This document shows, piece after piece, positions 22,613 to 32,000 of a DNA stretch of 32,000 nt. The stretch lies in contig NZ_AMSD01000002.1 in NCBI RefSeq assembly GCF_000478685.1, positions 394,337 to 426,336 on the forward strand, read 5' to 3'. The position numbers were made by a program, and so were the translations under genes. The DNA comes from Candidatus Photodesmus katoptron Akat1 (GTDB taxonomy: Bacteria; Pseudomonadota; Gammaproteobacteria; Enterobacterales; Vibrionaceae). The notes under the pieces are model-generated. The model was not told where the DNA came from, made no database searches, and was given only the letters and a program-made list of their open reading frames with translations. The first letter of the stretch is position 1, and every line of letters begins with the position of its first letter.

Positions 22613-24037
22613 ATGAGTGAGGTTACTGTGTCATCTTCTCTTTGGTTGCAATGTTTACAACACCTTCAAGAAGAGCTACCAATAACAGAATTCAGTATGT
22701 GGGTTCGTCCGTTGCAAGCGGAACTTAGTGATAACACGCTAACTTTATTCGCGCCAAACCGTTTTGTGCTTGATTGGGTTCGTGATAAATATCTTAATAA
22801 TATAAATAACGTACTGAAGGAATATTGTGGAGAAAATATTCCAAATCTTCGTTTTGAGGTTGGTAGTCGTCCCATTATTTCAAAACCATCTTCGTTAATC
22901 CAAACACCAGCCGATGTTGCAGCAATGTCTTCTGCACCTGCTCAATTAGAGGCTTGTAAAAGTTTAAATAAAACATTAGATGATAAAAAAGTAGAAAACA
23001 TAATAGATATTACTTATCGTTCTAATGTAAATTTAAAACATAAGTTTAACAATTTTGTTGAAGGAAAATCGAATCAATTAGGTTTAGCCGCAGCGCGTCA
23101 AGTTTCAGATAATCCTGGTGCAGCCTATAATCCTTTATTTTTATATGGTGGAACGGGTTTAGGAAAAACGCATTTATTGCATGCAGTAGGTAATTCTATT
23201 GTAGATAATAGACCAAGTGCAACAGTCGTATATATGCATTCTGAACGATTTGTGCAAGATATGGTGAAAGCACTACAAAATAATGCAATTGAAGAATTTA
23301 AACGTTATTATCGTAGTGTTGATGCCTTACTTATTGATGATATTCAATTTTTTGCTAATAAAGAACGTTCTCAAGAAGAATTTTTTCATACATTCAATGC
23401 TTTATTAGAGGGTAATCAGCAAATTATTTTAACTTCTGATCGTTATCCAAAAGAGATTAATGGTGTAGAAGATCGCTTAAAGTCTCGTTTTGGCTGGGGA
23501 TTAACAGTAGCTATAGAGCCACCAGAATTAGAAACCCGTGTTGCTATTCTAATGAAAAAAGCAGAATATCATAATGTTTATTTAGCAGATGAGGTGGCTT
23601 TTTTTATTGCTAAGCGTCTTCGTTCAAATGTTCGTGAATTGGAAGGGGCATTAAATCGTGTTATTGCTAATTCTAATTTCACAGGTAAATCTATAACTAT
23701 TGACTTTGTTCGAGATGCACTTCGAGATTTATTAGCGCTTCAAGAAAAATTAGTTACTATTGATAATATTCAAAAGACAGTTGCTGAGTACTATAAAATA
23801 AAAGTTGCTGATCTACTTTCTAAACGTCGTTCTCGTTCTGTTGCTCGACCTCGTCAGTTAGCTATGGCATTAGCTAAGGAACTTACAAATCATAGTTTGC
23901 CTGAAATTGGAGATGCTTTTGGCGGACGTGATCATACAACAGTATTGCATGCTTGTCGTAAGGTACAGCAATTACGTGAAGAAAGTTATAATATAAAAGA
24001 AGACTATTCAAATTTAATTCGTACTCTTTCTTCTTGA
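22613..24037 (+). CDS. dnaA: Chromosomal replication initiator protein DnaA
   Basis: 474 aa. N-terminus is [62 protein letters not shown]+ Walker A is [11 protein letters not shown], and the C-terminal DNA-binding helix region contains [11 protein letters not shown]. The true start may be GTG at 22628 (MSSSLWLQC), as in E. coli/Vibrio. Confidence 0.97.
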   Translation: MSEVTVSSSLWLQCLQHLQEELPITEFSMWVRPLQAELSDNTLTLFAPNRFVLDWVRDKYLNNINNVLKEYCGENIPNLRFEVGSRPIISKPSSLIQTPADVAAMSSAPAQLEACKSLNKTLDDKKVENIIDITYRSNVNLKHKFNNFVEGKSNQLGLAAARQVSDNPGAAYNPLFLYGGTGLGKTHLLHAVGNSIVDNRPSATVVYMHSERFVQDMVKALQNNAIEEFKRYYRSVDALLIDDIQFFANKERSQEEFFHTFNALLEGNQQIILTSDRYPKEINGVEDRLKSRFGWGLTVAIEPPELETRVAILMKKAEYHNVYLADEVAFFIAKRLRSNVRELEGALNRVIANSNFTGKSITIDFVRDALRDLLALQEKLVTIDNIQKTVAEYYKIKVADLLSKRRSRSVARPRQLAMALAKELTNHSLPEIGDAFGGRDHTTVLHACRKVQQLREESYNIKEDYSNLIRTLSS

Positions 24038-24108
24038 ACTGGTTTAAGTAGTCGATGGTAAGTATATATCAGTTAAGAAAAAAGTTTTTTTATTAAGAAG
24101 CATGCATA

Positions 24109-25212
24109 ATGAAATTTTCTATCCAGAGTAATCATCTAGTTAAGTCATTACAACAGGTGTTTGGTGTATTTGGAAGTCGTCCTTCATTGCCTATTCTTGG
24201 GCATTTGTTAATTAAGGTAGTGGATAATATTTTATGGATTATTACAACTAATCTTGAAGTCGAATTAATAAGTCGTGTAATCTTATTAGATAACGATATT
24301 AGAGAAGGTTCAGTAACTATTCCAGCAAGGAAATTTCTAGATATTTGTCGTAGTTTTTCTTCGACAGCAATGATTACTCTTACATTGGAAAAAAAACAAG
24401 TGAAAGTTTATTCTGGACGTGGTGTATTTTTTCTTTCAACATCCCCACCTAATAATTTTCCAAATATTAATGCATTAAAAGCTAATGTTGTAGTATCTCT
24501 TGCTCAAAGTGAGTTACGTAATTTAGTGAAAAAAACTCATTTTTCGATGGCTAATCAAGATATTCGCTATTATCTCAATGGAATGTTGTTTGAAATTGAA
24601 GGTAGTATACTGCGAACGATAGCTACCGATGGACATCGTATGGCTATTTCTAAAACTCAGTTAATTTCTTCTTTCCCTTCAACAAAGATTATTCTTCCTA
24701 GAAAAAGTGTACAAGAATTACTGAAGTTACTTGATATTTCAATGGATCCTGTATTACTAAAAATTAGTGATTCAATTTTGCGTATTGAAGTAGAGAATTT
24801 TATATTAACCTCTAAATTAGTTGATGGTTGTTTTCCAGATTATCGATTAGTATTTCCAGAAAATATTAATAAAGTACTTCAAGCATCATGTGATGATTTA
24901 TATCAAGCTTTTTCTAGAGTCGGTGTTCTTTCTAACGAAAAAATTCGTTCTGTTCGAATTAATTTATCAAATGATGAAATGCGTATTACAACAAGTAATG
25001 TAGAGCAAGAAAAAGCGGAGGAAATTATAGATGTTTCTTATAGTGGTGAAGATTTAGAAATTGCTTTTAATGTAAAGTATATATTAGATGTTCTTAGTAC
25101 ATTAAGGTGCAAAAAAGTTCGTCTATCGATGTCGGATTCTAATTCAAGTATATTAATTGAAAATGCTGAAAATAGTAATGCTATGTATGTTGTGATGCCA
25201 ATTCGTTTATAA
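24109..25212 (+). CDS. dnaN: DNA polymerase III beta sliding clamp
   Basis: 367 aa, collinear with E. coli DnaN (MKF.I....L...LQQV.G....RP.LPILG..L, ATDGHR.A, YVVMP.RL end). Follows dnaA. Confidence 0.95.
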   Translation: MKFSIQSNHLVKSLQQVFGVFGSRPSLPILGHLLIKVVDNILWIITTNLEVELISRVILLDNDIREGSVTIPARKFLDICRSFSSTAMITLTLEKKQVKVYSGRGVFFLSTSPPNNFPNINALKANVVVSLAQSELRNLVKKTHFSMANQDIRYYLNGMLFEIEGSILRTIATDGHRMAISKTQLISSFPSTKIILPRKSVQELLKLLDISMDPVLLKISDSILRIEVENFILTSKLVDGCFPDYRLVFPENINKVLQASCDDLYQAFSRVGVLSNEKIRSVRINLSNDEMRITTSNVEQEKAEEIIDVSYSGEDLEIAFNVKYILDVLSTLRCKKVRLSMSDSNSSILIENAENSNAMYVVMPIRL

Positions 25213-25227
25213 TTATAAAAATATAAA

Positions 25228-28793
<3,566 letters not shown>

Positions 28794-28986
28794 GTTAAAT
28801 ATCTATATTCTTATGGTGTAATATTTTTAGAAGGATGCTACATATGCATAATGTAGATTTCTCATCAACTAGCAGACTATATTAGATAACCGTAATTTAA
28901 TTAATGCCATGTGCTATGATAGAAGTTAAATTATTTAGATTAGTTAGATAGTTACTTAATTGACATGGTGGGTTTTTCAGAAAATT

Positions 28987-31077
28987 TTACTCTTTCAAGA
29001 TCGAAAAGTCTGCTATTCCTTGGAATAAATTAGATATATTTTTTAATATTGTTAAGCGATTCTGTCTTATTCTTTTGTCATTGCTTATGATAGTTACTTT
29101 ATCAAAAAAAGTATTAATTATTGGAGTCAATTGAGCTAGTTTTTCTAATTTTTTGCTGTATTTATTTAATATAAAATTTGAATTTAATTCTTGTTTTAAT
29201 ATCTTTATTTTATCAGATAGAATTTTTTCCTCATCTTTGCAAAGAAGGATTGGATTAATTTCTTCTTTTAATGTGAAGTTACACTTCACCAATATGTTAG
29301 TTACACGTTTAGTTACAGCGATAAATGATTTGCCTTTTTCTAATTCAATGAAATTTGATATTGCTTTTATTCGTTCATCAACATCTATTAATTTAGTGGA
29401 TTTTGTTGCTAATACAGATTGGATTATATGTAGATCAAAACCGGAATCTTTATACCATGCATGAAGACGAGCTAAAATAAATTCAATTACATGGATTTCT
29501 ACACTATTATTCGTTAATTTATTTTTAAATAATTCTTTAGATTTCGTAATGAGATCAGCTAAATCAAAATCATAACTATTTTCTATAATAATACGAAGCA
29601 CTCCTAATGATAAACGTCGCAGTGCAAAAGGATCTCCACCTTTTTTAGGGATTTGATTAATTCCAAAAATTCCTACTATAGTATCCAGTTTATCTGCAAG
29701 AGCAAGTGATGAAGCAATGCCTCGGCTTGGTAATAAATCACCGGAAAATCTTGGTCTGTATTGTTCATATAATGCTATAGCTACTTCTTTTTCTTCACCA
29801 TCGTAACTTGCATAATGCATGCCAATTATACCTTGCATTTCACTAAATTCGAATACCATAGATGTCATTAAGTCACACTTACTTAGAAGCGCTGCACGCT
29901 TGGTATTTTTAATATTAGCAGTATTTTTTTTTGCAATATAAGTAGAAAGTTCTACTATTCGTTCTGTTTTTTCTTTAAGTGTTCCAAGTTGTTTTTGGAA
30001 GATAGCCTTATCTAATTCTGGAAGATATTCAATGAGTTTACGTTTGCGATCTTTTATAAAGAAAAACTTAGCATCGGAAAGACGAGAATGAATTACTTTC
30101 TCGTTACCGTTTATTATTTGATTAGGATCTTTAGATTCAATATTAGCAACAAATATAAAGTTTGGTAATAGTTGTTTTTTCCTCTTGTTTTCATAGACAG
30201 GCAAGCATTTTTGGTGAGTTTTCATAGTATAGACCAAAGCATCTAAGGGGATTTTTAAGAATTGTGTTTTGAACTTTCCTATTAAAATTACAGGCCATTC
30301 AACAAGAGAAGTAATTTCTTCTAGTAAAGTATCATCTAAATCCAGAACACCTCCAATTTTTTCTGCAGCCTTGTTAGCATACAATAGAATTTTTTCTTTG
30401 CGTTCTTGAAAATCAGCAATTACTTTACCTTGTTCTTTTAAGATTTTCGGATATTGATTTGCAGATTGTATAGACAGCTTATGTTTACCAATAAAACGAT
30501 GGCCATGAATAGTACGGCTAGATGAAACACCTAAAATTTCTCCATGAATAAGTTCATCATTAAGTAGAATTGTTAGGGTTTTTATAGGTCGTATAAAACG
30601 AATATTAGAGTTTCCCCAACGCATGGTCTTATCTTTTGATAAATTAATGATACTTCTTTTAATCAATGGTATAATTAATTCTTGAATATTTTTACCTTCT
30701 ATTTCTTTTTTTAACACTAACCACTTACCTTTTTTTGTAACTAGGTGGTTAGCTTCTTCTAATTGAATATTATTACTTTTAGCCCAACTCAAAGCAGATT
30801 GAGTTGCTTTACCATTAGTATCAAATGCAACAGAAATAGAAGGGCCTCGTTTGTTTATTACTCTTGTAGGTTGAATTTCTAATAAATTTGTTACTTTCAA
30901 TGCAAGACGACGCGGTGTAGCATACCATTTAATTCTTTTATATGTTATTCTTTCCTTCTTCAATTCTTTTTCAAATATTTTTGAAAAAGATTCCCCTAAA
31001 GAACGCAGTTTTAATGATGGTAATTCCTCAGTTCCTAATTCAATTAAAAAGGTTTTTGCTATATTTTTTTCTTTCAT
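28987..31077 (-). CDS. glyS: Glycine--tRNA ligase beta subunit
   Basis: 696 aa beginning [11 protein letters not shown]. Size and collinearity match E. coli GlyS. Translationally coupled to glyQ by an ATGA overlap at 31074-31077. Confidence 0.95.
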   Translation of the reverse strand: MKEKNIAKTFLIELGTEELPSLKLRSLGESFSKIFEKELKKERITYKRIKWYATPRRLALKVTNLLEIQPTRVINKRGPSISVAFDTNGKATQSALSWAKSNNIQLEEANHLVTKKGKWLVLKKEIEGKNIQELIIPLIKRSIINLSKDKTMRWGNSNIRFIRPIKTLTILLNDELIHGEILGVSSSRTIHGHRFIGKHKLSIQSANQYPKILKEQGKVIADFQERKEKILLYANKAAEKIGGVLDLDDTLLEEITSLVEWPVILIGKFKTQFLKIPLDALVYTMKTHQKCLPVYENKRKKQLLPNFIFVANIESKDPNQIINGNEKVIHSRLSDAKFFFIKDRKRKLIEYLPELDKAIFQKQLGTLKEKTERIVELSTYIAKKNTANIKNTKRAALLSKCDLMTSMVFEFSEMQGIIGMHYASYDGEEKEVAIALYEQYRPRFSGDLLPSRGIASSLALADKLDTIVGIFGINQIPKKGGDPFALRRLSLGVLRIIIENSYDFDLADLITKSKELFKNKLTNNSVEIHVIEFILARLHAWYKDSGFDLHIIQSVLATKSTKLIDVDERIKAISNFIELEKGKSFIAVTKRVTNILVKCNFTLKEEINPILLCKDEEKILSDKIKILKQELNSNFILNKYSKKLEKLAQLTPIINTFFDKVTIISNDKRIRQNRLTILKNISNLFQGIADFSILKE

Positions 31078-32000
31078 TGTTTATTACTTTTATTTAAATG
31101 GCATAATGGAAATCCTAAAGCTTCTCGTAATTCATAGTATACTTCTGCAACTTTCCTAGTTAGTTTACCAATACGAAGAATATAGCATTGTCGTTCAGTA
31201 ACAGAGATTGCTTTACGTGCATCTAGTAAATTGAATACATGTCCTGCTTTTAAAATACGTTCATACGCTGGTATTGGAAGTGGTCTTTTTAGTGTAATGA
31301 GTTCATTGCATTCTTTTTCACACTGTTTAAAAAAATTAAATAAAAATGGAATATTTGTATGCTCAAAATTGTAAATAGATTGTTCAACTTCATTTTGGTG
31401 AAAAAGTTCACCATATGTAATTATTCTATCATTGGGTGCAATATTCCAAATAATCTCATAAACTGAATTAACTTGTTGAATAAACATAGCTAATCTTTCT
31501 ACACCATAAGTAATTTCAACTGTTACTGGTTTGCAATCAAGTCCACCAATTTGTTGAAAATATGTAAATTGAGTTATTTCCATTCCATTAAGCCAGACTT
31601 CCCATCCTAATCCCCAAGCACCTAAAGTTGGATTTTCCCAATTGTCCTCTACAAAACGGATATCATGAATTTTTAAATTAATCCCAAGAACTTCTAATGA
31701 ACCTAAATACAGTTCTTGTACGTTTTTTAAGGATGGTTTTAAGGCTACTTGAAACTGATAATAATGTTGAAGACGGTTTGGATTTTGAGCATAGCGACTA
31801 TCACTAGGTCGACGAGATGGTTGAACATACGCGATTGACATGGGCTCTGGCCCTATTGATCGTAGGCATGTCATAGGATGAGAAGTGCCAGCACCTACTT
31901 CAAGATCTAATGGTTGAATAATAGTACATCCATTTTTTGACCAATAATTTTGAAGAATAAAAATTATTTCTTGAAAGGTTTTTATACTATGTTTTTTCAT
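31074..32000 (-). CDS. glyQ: Glycine--tRNA ligase alpha subunit
   Basis: 308 aa. Long identical blocks to E. coli GlyQ ([64 protein letters not shown]). The ATG is the last three bases of the window (32000-31998), so the CDS appears complete. Confidence 0.96.
   Translation of the reverse strand: MKKHSIKTFQEIIFILQNYWSKNGCTIIQPLDLEVGAGTSHPMTCLRSIGPEPMSIAYVQPSRRPSDSRYAQNPNRLQHYYQFQVALKPSLKNVQELYLGSLEVLGINLKIHDIRFVEDNWENPTLGAWGLGWEVWLNGMEITQFTYFQQIGGLDCKPVTVEITYGVERLAMFIQQVNSVYEIIWNIAPNDRIITYGELFHQNEVEQSIYNFEHTNIPFLFNFFKQCEKECNELITLKRPLPIPAYERILKAGHVFNLLDARKAISVTERQCYILRIGKLTRKVAEVYYELREALGFPLCHLNKSNKQ

Noticed and set aside
28838-28856. Hairpin ctacat-atgcata-atgtag between convergent gyrB and glyS as an intrinsic terminator. 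Also tttgc-tatt-gcaaa (about 18348-18361) between the KAS and mnmE.
   Set aside because: The stems are only 5-6 bp and AT-rich, with no convincing trailing U-run. This is too weak to call.

Overview
This window is the replication-origin neighbourhood of a visibly AT-rich, gene-dense gammaproteobacterial genome that looks reduced and host-restricted. G+C was not computed and all homology calls are by-eye comparisons with remembered E. coli/Vibrio proteins, with no database search. Nearly everything is conserved housekeeping. In order: the tail of an upstream CDS, nudE, nfuA, gmhA, tusA, hemG, glmU, the atpIBEFHAGDC operon, decayed parB/parA, and rsmG-mnmG. Then come a 711-bp non-coding spacer (best oriC candidate), an FMN-reductase-family gene plus a FabF-like ketosynthase, mnmE-yidC-yidD-rnpA-rpmH, dnaA-dnaN-recF-gyrB and glyS-glyQ. 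I saw no tRNA/rRNA genes, CRISPR arrays, IS elements or phage genes, and I found no convincing novel multi-gene system. The most interesting signals are gene-decay signatures. (1) atpH is absent from the ORF track but readable as a full-length delta subunit once five single-base deletions are allowed, each in a short homopolymer and all in the N-terminal half. (2) atpG is split by one missing base in an A7 run, while the other seven atp genes are intact. (3) parA/parB survive only as multi-lesion relics. (4) mioC is missing and its slot holds a flavoprotein plus a divergent KAS II gene separated by a 24-bp perfect palindrome. Gene order (atp-parBA-gidBA-ori-mnmE...rpmH-dnaA...gyrB-glySQ) and the ParA/DnaA sequences resemble Vibrionales/Alteromonadales-type genomes more than E. 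coli. The organism cannot be named from this sequence alone.
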